Assembly: GCA_964474885.1 (NCBI GenBank)
Contig: CAYYWO010000001.1
Coordinates: 82,619 to 146,618, forward strand
Direction: 5' to 3'
Origin: Candidatus Hadarchaeota archaeon
Lineage (GTDB): Archaea; Hadarchaeota; Hadarchaeia; Hadarchaeales; JAWBSP01
Length of the DNA stretch: 64,000 bases
The stretch's first letter is position 1. Each line of letters begins with the position of its first letter. Shown here one piece after another: positions 38,450 through 47,582 of the stretch. The notes under the pieces were generated by a model. That model searched no databases. It was not told the DNA's origin and worked only from the letters and a program-made list of their open reading frames with translations. The translations under genes were made by a program, and so were the position numbers.

Positions 38450-39571
38450 ATGAGGTTATCATATGTCATGATATCGCTTTTTCTGTTCCCGCTGGTTTTT
38501 GCTCAGACGGCGGAACCCCCGACTTGGGAAGTGGGTGACGAATGGGCTTGGGGTTCAACTTGGGACATTGATAATTTTCTCAGGAATTTGGCGAATCAAG
38601 TGCCCCAACTCGCCCTAACAGAGGCAAGCGGGGAGTTCAGTTGCTATAGTGTGCAACGTGTGGCTGCTCTGCGGGGTGGAGAGTACGTGACTTCGGTTAG
38701 GGTGGGCATGGAGCTGAGAGACTTCAAGGTAACGGGAAGTTACAAGTCGCCGGAACACGGTTTGGAGCCCCTTGCAAATGTCTCTCTCAGTGCTTCAGGA
38801 TGGCTCAAGGCAAATGGGGAGTTCACATACACCCAACAACTGGCTCTGCATACCCTGAGTCTCTCTGGGAATGGTGAGCTAGAGGCGGCACTTACTGCTC
38901 CAGGTTTTTCAAGTTCCTTTGAGTTCTGGAACTTCGATTTGGGCCTTTCGGCCACCTATGACCCGCCTGCGGACATCTTTAACTTCCCAATTCAAGTTGA
39001 GGAGGAATGGGAGTACTCTGGTGCCTACTCAGGCAGAGGAAGAGTTTCGTGCGAAGTGAAAATGAGGATTGAAATGGGCGACTACGAAAATACTTGGGAG
39101 AATTCATTTTCCTACGAGGACACCTTCTCAGAGGAACTGACGGTCAAATATCGTTGCAGGGGCATTACGCAGGTTCAGACTGGAGGGAAGGAGCTTCAGT
39201 GCTTCGAGATCGAGGTGACATCTGAGGGCCAGAAAGCTCCTATTTTCATCCTGCTGTACTCTCCCGAAAAGAAAAATTTCGTAGGACTGGAGGTAAACTG
39301 GCTAGGACTCTTCTTCCAGTTTGAACCCTTCTCGGAGCACGTGAAGGAAGCAGCTGAGCAAACACCCGTCGGTCCACTAGTCGAGGAGATGGACATGGAG
39401 GGGGTTCTGCGCTCGACAGAGGAGACGGTTCAATTTTATTCCGTCTCCCCCTCCGAGGCAGAAGAGCGGATTGAGGGGATGGGTGGGAGAGAAGGTCTGC
39501 CAATTGAACTAGAGATTATACCCCCTCTTGCAATAGCAATCGTAATAATTGCTACCAGGTTGCGCAAGTAA
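38450..39571 (+). CDS. Secreted/membrane-anchored hypothetical protein
   Basis: 373 aa. Signal peptide 'MISLFLFPLVFAQTAEP', C-terminal TM anchor 'IIPPLAIAIVIIATRLRK', acidic Trp/Glu-rich body. Confidence 0.5.
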   Translation: MRLSYVMISLFLFPLVFAQTAEPPTWEVGDEWAWGSTWDIDNFLRNLANQVPQLALTEASGEFSCYSVQRVAALRGGEYVTSVRVGMELRDFKVTGSYKSPEHGLEPLANVSLSASGWLKANGEFTYTQQLALHTLSLSGNGELEAALTAPGFSSSFEFWNFDLGLSATYDPPADIFNFPIQVEEEWEYSGAYSGRGRVSCEVKMRIEMGDYENTWENSFSYEDTFSEELTVKYRCRGITQVQTGGKELQCFEIEVTSEGQKAPIFILLYSPEKKNFVGLEVNWLGLFFQFEPFSEHVKEAAEQTPVGPLVEEMDMEGVLRSTEETVQFYSVSPSEAEERIEGMGGREGLPIELEIIPPLAIAIVIIATRLRK

Positions 39572-39572
39572 G

Positions 39573-40478
39573 ATGAAGGTGAAGGAAAAGATTTTGCAGC
39601 TCAAGAAGAAGAAGAAAGCAGTCATCCTCGCACACAATTACCAGAGGTCGGAGGTGCAGGAGCTGGCAGATTTCGTTGGAGATTCGTTGGAGCTGGCTAA
39701 GCAGGCCACTCAGGTGGATGCGGATTTGGTTGTTATGTGTGGCGTGGACTTCATGGCAGAGACTGTTTGCATCCTCAACCCAGACAAGAAGGTTCTGATC
39801 CCAGATGTCGGATCCATTTGCTCCATGGCTCAAATGCTCACCCCAGAGCAGCTGAGACGGGCCAAAGAGGAAAATCGGGGTGCGGAGGTGGTGCTTTACG
39901 TTAACACGACGGCAGATTGCAAGGCGCTAGCAGATTGTATCTGCACTTCCGCAAACGCCCCCCAGGTGGTGGGTGCCATGGAATCAGAAGTTGTCTTGTT
40001 CGGTCCCGATAGAAATCTAGCCGAGTACGTGAGGCGCAGGACAGAAAAGCGTGTGTTGTCTGTTCCGGAGTACGGCCTCTGTCCCGTGCACCATCAGCTC
40101 TCAGTCGAGGATGTGCGGAAAGCGAAGGCCAAGCACCCCCAGGCCGAACTCGTAGTGCATCCGGAGTGCATCCCAGAGGTTCAGGATCTTGCGGATCACA
40201 TAGCCTCGACGAGCGGCATGGTCAAGTACTGTTCGCAGTCTTCTAGAGGAGAGTTTTTGATAGGGACCGAGGAGGGCTTGCTGCACAGGCTCAGGAGGGA
40301 GTGTCCAGAGAAACGATTCCACCTCGTCTCACCTTACTTGGTATGCCCTCAGATGAAGATGCACACGCTGGGGAAGATCCAGCGTGCATTGGAGTTGGAG
40401 AAGCCCGAGGTGAAGATAGAGAAGGGAGTAGCCGAGGCAGCTAGGCGAGCGGTGGAGCGTATGCTTAGCCTCGTATGA
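39573..40478 (+). CDS. nadA: Quinolinate synthase NadA
   Basis: 'AVILAHNYQRSEVQELADFVGDSLELAKQA', 'DADLVVMCGVDFMAETVCILNPDKKVLIP', 'LYVNTTADCKALAD', 'HPECIPEV'. ORF track starts at 39549. The second Met 'MKVKEKIL' is the more likely start. Confidence 0.9.
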   Translation: MKVKEKILQLKKKKKAVILAHNYQRSEVQELADFVGDSLELAKQATQVDADLVVMCGVDFMAETVCILNPDKKVLIPDVGSICSMAQMLTPEQLRRAKEENRGAEVVLYVNTTADCKALADCICTSANAPQVVGAMESEVVLFGPDRNLAEYVRRRTEKRVLSVPEYGLCPVHHQLSVEDVRKAKAKHPQAELVVHPECIPEVQDLADHIASTSGMVKYCSQSSRGEFLIGTEEGLLHRLRRECPEKRFHLVSPYLVCPQMKMHTLGKIQRALELEKPEVKIEKGVAEAARRAVERMLSLV

Positions 40479-40909
40479 AGGGGAGGGTTGTAGCCGTATG
40501 TTTGAGCGAAAGAAAAGGAACCAGTAAGAGACCCGTCCCTGAGGGCCATCTCAAGGAAGATTACGGTCTGGTGGGGGATGCCCATGCCCGCCCCTCCTTC
40601 CCGAGACAAATCAGCCTTCTCTCGATCGAGAGCATCAGACGCATGAGGGAGCAGGGCTACCAGGTAGGACCTGGGGACTTCGCGGAAAATTTAACAGTCG
40701 AGGGCTTGGATTTGCAGGCGCTCAGACCCGGTTCTAGAATCCAGGTGGGGGAGGCCATCATCGAGGTTACGCAGAGGGGGAAGGAGTGCAGGGACGCATG
40801 CGAGATAGGCAGGCAGCTCGGGAAATGCATCATGCCGGTCGAAGGCTTGTTTGCCAGGGTACTGAAAGGAGGGAGAGTCAAGCCGGGTGACGAGATCAAA
40901 GTACTTTGA
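40475..40909 (+). CDS. MOSC-domain protein
   Basis: 144 aa. 'RVVAVCLSERKGTSKRPV...LVGDAHA...RQISLLSIESI' beta-barrel MOSC pattern. 4-nt overlap with nadA. Confidence 0.75.
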   Translation: MKGRVVAVCLSERKGTSKRPVPEGHLKEDYGLVGDAHARPSFPRQISLLSIESIRRMREQGYQVGPGDFAENLTVEGLDLQALRPGSRIQVGEAIIEVTQRGKECRDACEIGRQLGKCIMPVEGLFARVLKGGRVKPGDEIKVL

Positions 40910-40914
40910 TTTAA

Positions 40915-41538
40915 CTACTCTACTAGTAGGTAAAGTGCAGCCAGTAGCACCACAATAGGGACGGCTTTTTGGAGGGACGGAAGCAGCAACTGGAATTTCT
41001 GGATGAGGACTTGTCTGCCAAGCGAGACTGCGACAGTGAGTGGCACCACCGCCGAGCACATTCCCAAGGAGTAAGCTAGGAAAACTAAGAAGCCTGGCAG
41101 GAAGCCCCCGGAGGAGACAGCGGTTGAGAGGATCATGAGGAAAATGGGAAAAGCACAGGCAATGGACGTCAGACCGTACAGAACGCCAAAGATGAGGAGC
41201 GGGAGCTCTCGCTTTATTCTAAAAGGAAAGGAGAAGGAAAGTCTGAAACCAGCCAACCAGGAGAGGGCTAGGAGCACTAAGAAAAGGCCGGAGATCACTC
41301 TGAACAATTGCGCATAGGGGCCCAAGCTAGCCCCCAGCAATGAGACGGGTACTCCCAAGCCAAGGAAAAGGGTGATGAAGCCAGCTGAAAAGGAGATCCC
41401 GGCTTTGACCCCATCTAGGAGGCTCCCCTTTTGACCCAGCCAATAAGCTATGTACGCTGGAAGGAGCACGAAGGCACAGGGGTTGAAGAAACTCAGGATG
41501 CCGCTCATAAAGGCCAAGAAGAGAAGAGCCGCATCCAA
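40915..41538 (-). CDS. ccdA: Cytochrome c-type biogenesis / thiol-disulfide transporter CcdA (DsbD-family TM domain)
   Basis: 207 aa, 6 TM. 'FMSGILSFFNPCAFVLLPAYIAY' with the conserved Cys pair typical of CcdA. Confidence 0.82.
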   Translation of the reverse strand: MDAALLFLAFMSGILSFFNPCAFVLLPAYIAYWLGQKGSLLDGVKAGISFSAGFITLFLGLGVPVSLLGASLGPYAQLFRVISGLFLVLLALSWLAGFRLSFSFPFRIKRELPLLIFGVLYGLTSIACAFPIFLMILSTAVSSGGFLPGFLVFLAYSLGMCSAVVPLTVAVSLGRQVLIQKFQLLLPSLQKAVPIVVLLAALYLLVE

Positions 41539-41542
41539 GCTT

Positions 41543-42100
41543 TCAATCCTCCAAGAGGCCCTCTATTTTAGAGGAGAGCTCCGCGTATGAAGTTAGCCCT
41601 ACCTTTTTGTAAACTATCACACCATCTCCGCCGATCAAATACAGGGTTGGTATATACATCACCCCGTATTGTACGCCCACCGAGGGCCCGCTCGCAAAGA
41701 TCCACGTTGCCTCAACCTTCTTTTTGAAGTCCTCCAGCATATGGAGATCCTCGCTGGGATCCACGTCAATGGAGATTATTATGACCCCTTCTGCTGAATA
41801 ATCGGAGTACACTCTCTTCAGGTGATCCATTTCGGAGATGCATGGGCCGCACCAAGTGGCCATGAAGTCCAGCAATACAACTTTTCCCCTGAAGTCGCTC
41901 AGGCTGAACTCTTCTCCCTCGGTGCTGGTCAGAGTGAAGTCAGGGGCAAGCTGCCCGATTCCTGTTCCGGTGGAAGGCACGTTTTCGTTTTCCTTTCTGG
42001 GGAGGAGTTGCCAGCCAGCCACAAGCATGCAAGAAAGGAGTACGGCGGCCAGGAGGTAGCGGTTCATCACTACTTCCAGTTTCGATGGTGATATCGACAA
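41543..42100 (-). CDS. Secreted thioredoxin-fold thiol-disulfide oxidoreductase (TlpA/ResA-like)
   Basis: 185 aa. Signal/TM 'MNRYLLAAVLLSCMLVAGW' (alternative start at 42067), active site 'ATWCGPC'. Confidence 0.85.
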   Translation of the reverse strand: MSISPSKLEVVMNRYLLAAVLLSCMLVAGWQLLPRKENENVPSTGTGIGQLAPDFTLTSTEGEEFSLSDFRGKVVLLDFMATWCGPCISEMDHLKRVYSDYSAEGVIIISIDVDPSEDLHMLEDFKKKVEATWIFASGPSVGVQYGVMYIPTLYLIGGDGVIVYKKVGLTSYAELSSKIEGLLED

Positions 42101-42129
42101 CTCGTTAAAGCCGGGAGGGAAAATTACCG

Positions 42130-42861
42130 ATGCCTCTCGATAGGAAAGGGAAAGACTTGTTGAAGCAGGCGAAATATGACAAGATCAAGCGGGAGATCAT
42201 CAGGGCGATCGTGAAACGCATCCGGGATGAAGCAAACGTGGGGGAAGAGTTCCATTCGATAGTGGAGAAGGTTCTGAAGGAGGAACGCTTCCAGCAGTTC
42301 TTTGAGGAGCTCGTGAGACAGATCCAGAAGTCCACTAGACTTCCGGAGAAGGAATCAAAGGGGTGCGCTTCTTTACTGGTTAGTGAAGCGGCGGGAGAAG
42401 AGGTGTGTCGGGTGGTACCCAGCCTGATAGTGGAGTCCGAGCGAAAACCTAACCAGCGAAGGATGGAATACTTCGATAGACTTTCTAAGCAAGGCATGCT
42501 CCGCGGACAATGTACCTCTCAAGCCATTGTCTGCGGAAAGGGTGGATTCGGGAAGTCTGTTAGAGATGTATTCATGCACCATCCCATCGTGCTTTTAGTG
42601 GTTGGAGCCGGGGCGGCCTTCATCTTGATTGCATCCCTCCTGATTGGCTCCCCATACGAAACTTTGTTGGCAGCCCTAACCCTTCAACCATCCGATGCCT
42701 CCTCCGTTTCGCAACAGGTTGGTAATGTTCTGGCGGCTTTTGGAGGAGTTCTGCTTTTTTTCACCTCTGTCACATTGATAGTTTCCCACCTGCTGGAGCA
42801 GGATCGCAAGAGACGCACAGTTTACCGTCTAGCGGAGCAGTACTTGGAGAAGTCTAGATAA
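42130..42861 (+). CDS. Hypothetical membrane protein (cytoplasmic N-domain plus 2 TM)
   Basis: 243 aa. Charged N-terminal 130 aa, then two hydrophobic helices 'IVLLVVGAGAAFILIASLLIG' and 'VLAAFGGVLLFFTSVTLIV'. Confidence 0.4.
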   Translation: MPLDRKGKDLLKQAKYDKIKREIIRAIVKRIRDEANVGEEFHSIVEKVLKEERFQQFFEELVRQIQKSTRLPEKESKGCASLLVSEAAGEEVCRVVPSLIVESERKPNQRRMEYFDRLSKQGMLRGQCTSQAIVCGKGGFGKSVRDVFMHHPIVLLVVGAGAAFILIASLLIGSPYETLLAALTLQPSDASSVSQQVGNVLAAFGGVLLFFTSVTLIVSHLLEQDRKRRTVYRLAEQYLEKSR

Positions 42862-43003
42862 CTCCGCAATCCAGAGCTACCAGGATACGGGGGAGTTCAG
42901 TTTGTTTTATTTAGCCCCGATGTTCCCGGCTGTACTTAATCTTTCCTTACTCCTTCGGCAACTTGAACCCTTAAGTATAGGGGTGGCTCCAACCGATGTA
43001 AGG

Positions 43004-43078
<75 letters not shown>

Positions 43079-43153
43079 CTCCAAGAATTTTGCTCATATT
43101 TGGTTTATCTCTCTCGAAACATAGGCTTCGATTTAAACAACTAATCCTATGAG

Positions 43154-43239
43154 CGCCGGGGGTGGGATTTGAACCCACGAGGCCCAACGGGGCCACACGC
43201 TCTCAAGGCGTGCGCCTTACCTGGCTAGGCTACCCCGGC
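43154..43239 (-). tRNA. tRNA-Ser (anticodon TGA)
   Basis: 86 nt. Long variable arm GGCCC-CGTT-GGGCC, anticodon loop CTTGAGA, T-arm GTGGG-TTCAAAT-CCCAC, G73. Confidence 0.85.
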
Positions 43240-43251
43240 ATCAAAAATTGT

Positions 43252-43554
43252 TCACTCAAGTGTTAATTCGGGTCTGACGACGTCGGGTATGGGGAGGCGC
43301 GTTATTTTCCTGAGCACACGATCATCTGGGTGAATGTAAAAGAGCCTCTTGTGTATTCTCATCTCCCACTTATCCCAGGTGCTCGTCCCCCTCCCATCGG
43401 GCCCCTTCCTGACCGGAATTACGATCCGGCGTGTAGGGAGGGGGATGGGGCCTGAATACTCTACTCCCGCACTGTCCAGTATCCCCTTTATTTGTTTGCA
43501 GACTTCCTCCAGCTGCTTATAATCGGTACTCAGGAGTTTGAGCTTAGCCTTCAA
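43252..43554 (-). CDS. rps10: 30S ribosomal protein S10
   Basis: 100 aa. 'GPIPLPTRRIVIPVRKGPDGRGTSTWDKWEMRIHKRLFYI' S10 signature. Immediately downstream of tuf, a conserved archaeal pairing. Confidence 0.9.
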   Translation of the reverse strand: MKAKLKLLSTDYKQLEEVCKQIKGILDSAGVEYSGPIPLPTRRIVIPVRKGPDGRGTSTWDKWEMRIHKRLFYIHPDDRVLRKITRLPIPDVVRPELTLE

Positions 43555-43556
43555 AA

Positions 43557-44816
43557 TTATTTCGGAACTAAGTCTATGCAGACACCAGCAGCTATAGTCA
43601 TACCCATGTCCCTGATGGCGAATCTGGCAAGCTGCGGGATCTCTGACATCTTTTCAATCACGAGGGGCTTGGTGGGGACGACCCTGATCGTAGCGGCATC
43701 ACCTTTTTTTATGAACTGCGGGTTCTTCTCTACTTCCGCCCCAGTTTTGGGATCGATCTTGTTTATTATTTCCTCAATCCTGCAGGCACAGGTCGCCGTG
43801 TGCACGTGAAAGACAGGGGTATAGCCGGGGGCAATTGCAGTCGGGTGCTGGATGACAAAGATCTTAGCGGTGAATTCCGAAACAACAGTCGGGGGCTTGT
43901 CGGTGTGCCCTACCACATCCCCTCTCCTTATATCAGTCTTCGACAACCCTCTGACGTTGAAGCCAATGTTATCCCCAGGCTCCGCTTTGGGTATGCGCTC
44001 GTGGTGCATCTCGATGGATCTGACATCCGTGGTCTTTCCGGGCGGGTTGATGATGACAGTGTCGCCTTCCTTCAGCACGCCCGTCTCCACCCTCCCCACA
44101 GGGACCGTACCTACACCTGTGATGGAGAAGACATCTTGGATAGGTATGCGCAGGGGCTTGTCAATAGGCTTGGGAGGAACGGTGAAGGTATCCAAGGCTT
44201 CGTAAAAGGTTGGCCCACTATACCACGTCATCTTGGAGCTTGGTTTTGTGACATTTTCACCATAGAAAGCGGACGTGGGTATGTACAGGAACTTATCGGC
44301 ATTCCTGTAGCCAATAGATCTCAGCAGCTCAGTTACTTCATTTTTCAGCTTCTCGAAAACCTCTTTCTTGTAGTCAACTAGGTCCATTTTGTTTATCACA
44401 ACTATGAGCTGCCCGATGCCCATGGTGTAGGCGAGTGCCGCGTGCTCCCTGGTCTGGGGCATGATCCCGTCATCGGCTGCTACCACTAGGACTGCGGCAT
44501 CCGCTTGGCTCGCCCCCGTGATCATATTCTTGACAAAGTCCCGATGACCAGGAGCATCGATTAGGGTGAAATAGTACTTCTCGGTGTCAAACCTCCTGTG
44601 GGCAAGGTCGATGGTTAGGCCCCTCTCCCTCTCATCCCTTAGATCGTCAAAAACCCAAGCGAACTTGAAGGTCTTTCCTTTATCACCCATCGCCTCGAAC
44701 TTCTTAAGATCTTCCTCGGGGAAAAGACCTTTCTCGTATAGCATTCTACCCAGTAGGGTAGATTTGCCGTGGTCTACATGTCCGATGGTTATCAGGTTCA
44801 GGTGAGGTCTGGACAT
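43557..44816 (-). CDS. tuf: Translation elongation factor 1-alpha
   Basis: 419 aa. '[10 protein letters not shown]', 'DAPGHRDF', 'NKMD', domains II and III. Confidence 0.95.
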   Translation of the reverse strand: MSRPHLNLITIGHVDHGKSTLLGRMLYEKGLFPEEDLKKFEAMGDKGKTFKFAWVFDDLRDERERGLTIDLAHRRFDTEKYYFTLIDAPGHRDFVKNMITGASQADAAVLVVAADDGIMPQTREHAALAYTMGIGQLIVVINKMDLVDYKKEVFEKLKNEVTELLRSIGYRNADKFLYIPTSAFYGENVTKPSSKMTWYSGPTFYEALDTFTVPPKPIDKPLRIPIQDVFSITGVGTVPVGRVETGVLKEGDTVIINPPGKTTDVRSIEMHHERIPKAEPGDNIGFNVRGLSKTDIRRGDVVGHTDKPPTVVSEFTAKIFVIQHPTAIAPGYTPVFHVHTATCACRIEEIINKIDPKTGAEVEKNPQFIKKGDAATIRVVPTKPLVIEKMSEIPQLARFAIRDMGMTIAAGVCIDLVPK

Positions 44817-44834
44817 TTGACAATTAGAGCGGGT

Positions 44835-44844
44835 TATTTAAATA
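44835..44844. promoter_or_regulatory. Perfectly palindromic TATA box (TATTTAAATA) in the tuf / purN-like divergent region
   Basis: Its own reverse complement. Centre lies about 24 nt upstream of the tuf ATG (leaderless configuration) and about 75 to 110 nt upstream of the purN-like starts. Confidence 0.5.
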
Positions 44845-44950
44845 GGTTCTCGTTTTTGTATCCAAGTCAGGCATGGCGAAGCAGTTTATTTCCCCTCAGC
44901 ATTCTCTCATGTTTGATGCTCCAGCCGATTTATCAGAAGCTCTGGAGGCC

Positions 44951-45632
44951 CATGAAAGTGGCGGTGCTCTTTTCCGGCGGAGCTAGTGCGGTGCCCTTTA
45001 TGCTGAACTCGGAAAGATTCAGGGTGGTGGGAGGTGTGAGCTCCAACTCTCGGGCGAAGGGGATAGAGAGGCTGAGACAATTCGGGATCCCGGTGAAGGT
45101 CTTGGACATCCGGGAGTTTTACGGGAGCAGGCCGATAACGGACATGGCGATCAGGAGGGAGTACGATGCAAGACTAGTGGAACTTGTTTCAGAGTGGGAG
45201 CCAGATGTGGTTGCGTGCTCCGGTTATATGTACGTGCTCACTGAAGTTTTCCTGAGTGCTTTCCCGCTCCGTGTCCTGAACGTCCACCCGGCCGACTTGA
45301 GAATCATGGAGGGCGGGAGGAGGAAGTACGCGGGCTTGCACGCGGTCGAGAAGCAGATCCAATGCGGGGAGAGGGAGACCAGGTCGACGATCCATCTCAT
45401 GACGGAGGATGTTGATCATGGCCCCATCATCTGCATTTCCCCCCCGCTGCCCGTTGAGAACAGAACACCGGCTGAGCAGCAGGAGCTGATGAAGCAGCGG
45501 TGCGACGGTCCCGCATACAGGAAGGCACTGGAGCTCATCTCGGAGGGCAAGTTGGCTCTGGACGAACAGCAGAGAGTTTATCACCGAGAGAACGGGGAGT
45601 GGGTAGAGGGCCCGTACGTGATGGAGGGTTAA
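44951..45632 (+). CDS. purN: Formyltransferase-family protein, probable phosphoribosylglycinamide formyltransferase
   Basis: 'MKVAVLFSGGAS', 'LNVHPADL...GLHAVEKQI', 'TIHLMTEDVDHGPII' match the Formyl_trans_N/PurN pattern. Alternative in-frame start at 44916. ORF-track start at 44769 overlaps tuf. Confidence 0.65.
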
Positions 45633-45641
45633 ATCGGCTGG

Positions 45642-46097
45642 TTAGTTATCCCCACTCAAGTTGACGGCAGGATCTGAACGGGAACTAGGATTCATGAGCT
45701 TGCGCAGTTTTTCGTATACGAGTCTGTTGTCCGAACTCCTTATTCCTTTTCTGTGGTGAAAGCGGGCAAAGAGGTATATCTTTCTTCTCCTCCTTCCATT
45801 CCTGTAGGTGGTTCTCAGAGGCTTGTTCCAAGGCCAAGCTCTCTCCTCCCTTCCCTTGAAGACTTGGTCGAAGCCGTAATGAACATCTGCTATCTGTCTG
45901 AGGGAGATCTTGAGTTGGAAGTCAGAATCTCTTTTTACATCCCTTCCCTTGAAAGAGATCTCCTCCCTGTTCACTTTGAGTTCCCCCTCATATCGATGGA
46001 GGGGCTTGAAACCAGACGTGTGGGCCTTCAGCCAGTCCAGGAAGCTCCTGTTTTTGATGTCCTCTTCAAACGCGAGCAGGGAATTTTTATATTTCAT
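45642..46097 (-). CDS. Hypothetical basic protein
   Basis: 151-aa ORF convergent with the purN-like gene. No recognisable motif. Confidence 0.35.
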   Translation of the reverse strand: MKYKNSLLAFEEDIKNRSFLDWLKAHTSGFKPLHRYEGELKVNREEISFKGRDVKRDSDFQLKISLRQIADVHYGFDQVFKGREERAWPWNKPLRTTYRNGRRRRKIYLFARFHHRKGIRSSDNRLVYEKLRKLMNPSSRSDPAVNLSGDN

Positions 46098-46181
46098 TGT
46101 TTTCTTTTAACATCATCCATTTTTAAACCCAAGACGATCGACGACAGTAATAACAAAATCAAAGGGTCAAAATAGATTGAA

Positions 46182-47582
46182 ATGTCGGTTGGTGTCTTGG
46201 GGATAAGCTACGGTGGCAGGTTCGCGTGCATAGCCGATTGCTTGGTGAGGAGCGAGCAGCCCGTCAAGCTCTTTGTGGTAGACAAGCAGAAGAATCCCTT
46301 TAACCTGAAGCTGTGCGAGCAGACGGGTGGCGAGCACGTGGTAGTCCCCGACCTATCGGTGGAGCAGATCGTGAAGTTCGCCGAGAAGCACAAATCGGAG
46401 ATAGATTTCGGGTTGCTAGGCCCTGAGGGTCCTGGCATCCAAGGAGTCAGGGACGCGGTAGAGAGGATGGGCATACCCATGATATGTCCCGTCAGGCAAA
46501 AGTTCATAGAGGCCAGCAAGGTGCGGCAGCGTCTGCTCATGTCCCGTGCCATGCCCCGGGCGAATCCGCGCTTTAGAGTTTTCGACCCGGTCAAGCTGGG
46601 TTCGAAGGAAGAGGCCCGGAAAGAATTCTACGCCTGTTTGGAAGAGATGGGGGAGGAAGTAGCGATAAAGCCCGATGCGCCAGCCACGGGAAAGGGAGTT
46701 GGCGTTTGGGGGGACCACTTCACCTCAAAGGAGCAGGCTTTCGAGGAGTTCTTTTGGCCCAACCTGCAGAAGGGGAAAGTCTTGGTGGAGGAGAAAGTTG
46801 AGGGGGAGGAGTTCTCCCTGCAGTTCGTCACGGACGGGAGGCATCTGATCCCCACTCCAGCAGTCAGGGACTACAAGAGGGCATGGGACTGGGATCAGGG
46901 ACCGAACACAGGGGGGATGGGCTCTTACAAGTCGGAGGGGGACTTATTGCCCTTCATGGAACGCTCAGACTGGGAGGAAGCCCTAGAGGTCGGGGAAAAG
47001 GTCCATCAAGCCCTGAAGGAAGGGGAGCATGACCCGAGTCTGAGGGGAGTGCTGTATTTTGCCTTCGTGATCTCAGAGGGAGGGGTGAAGGTCTTCGAGA
47101 TAAACAGCAGGTGGGGGGATCCGGAGGTCATGAACATTCTCCCTCTCCTCAAGCAGGACTTCGTCGAGGTGTGTTACAAGTGGCTGGAGGGTACTTTGAC
47201 AAGACTAGAATTCGAGAACAGGTCGAGTGTTGTTGTCTATGCAACACCCCTTTCCTATGGGGGATACGCCACCTACACGGGCCCGGCTAAGGTCGATCTG
47301 AGTAGGGCGGAGAGCCTGAGGAAAGAGTTCGGGGACGACCTCAGGATATATCCAGCTTCGCTAGAGCTGAGAGAGGACGGGTGCTATGCCCTGCGCTCGC
47401 GGACGGTGGCCTGTGTGGGACTGGCTACAGACCTGCAAAAGGCAAGACGCATAGCTTATCAAGCCGTTAGACTCGTGGATGGTCCCCTAAGGCACAGGGA
47501 GGACATAGCTCACCCTGAGTACATTCGGCGGAGCATCGAGCATGTCAGGAGGCTGAGGGCTCAGGCCTCAAAAGTTTCGTAG
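46182..47582 (+). CDS. purD: Phosphoribosylamine-glycine ligase (GAR synthetase, ATP-grasp)
   Basis: 466 aa. 'LLGPEGPGIQGVRDAVERMGIPMICP', 'IKPDAPATGKGVGVW', 'VVEEKVEGEEFSLQFVTDG', PurD-specific 'RDYKRAWDWDQGPNTGGMGSY', 'VLYFAFVISEGGVKVFEINSRWGDPE'. Confidence 0.85.
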   Translation: MSVGVLGISYGGRFACIADCLVRSEQPVKLFVVDKQKNPFNLKLCEQTGGEHVVVPDLSVEQIVKFAEKHKSEIDFGLLGPEGPGIQGVRDAVERMGIPMICPVRQKFIEASKVRQRLLMSRAMPRANPRFRVFDPVKLGSKEEARKEFYACLEEMGEEVAIKPDAPATGKGVGVWGDHFTSKEQAFEEFFWPNLQKGKVLVEEKVEGEEFSLQFVTDGRHLIPTPAVRDYKRAWDWDQGPNTGGMGSYKSEGDLLPFMERSDWEEALEVGEKVHQALKEGEHDPSLRGVLYFAFVISEGGVKVFEINSRWGDPEVMNILPLLKQDFVEVCYKWLEGTLTRLEFENRSSVVVYATPLSYGGYATYTGPAKVDLSRAESLRKEFGDDLRIYPASLELREDGCYALRSRTVACVGLATDLQKARRIAYQAVRLVDGPLRHREDIAHPEYIRRSIEHVRRLRAQASKVS

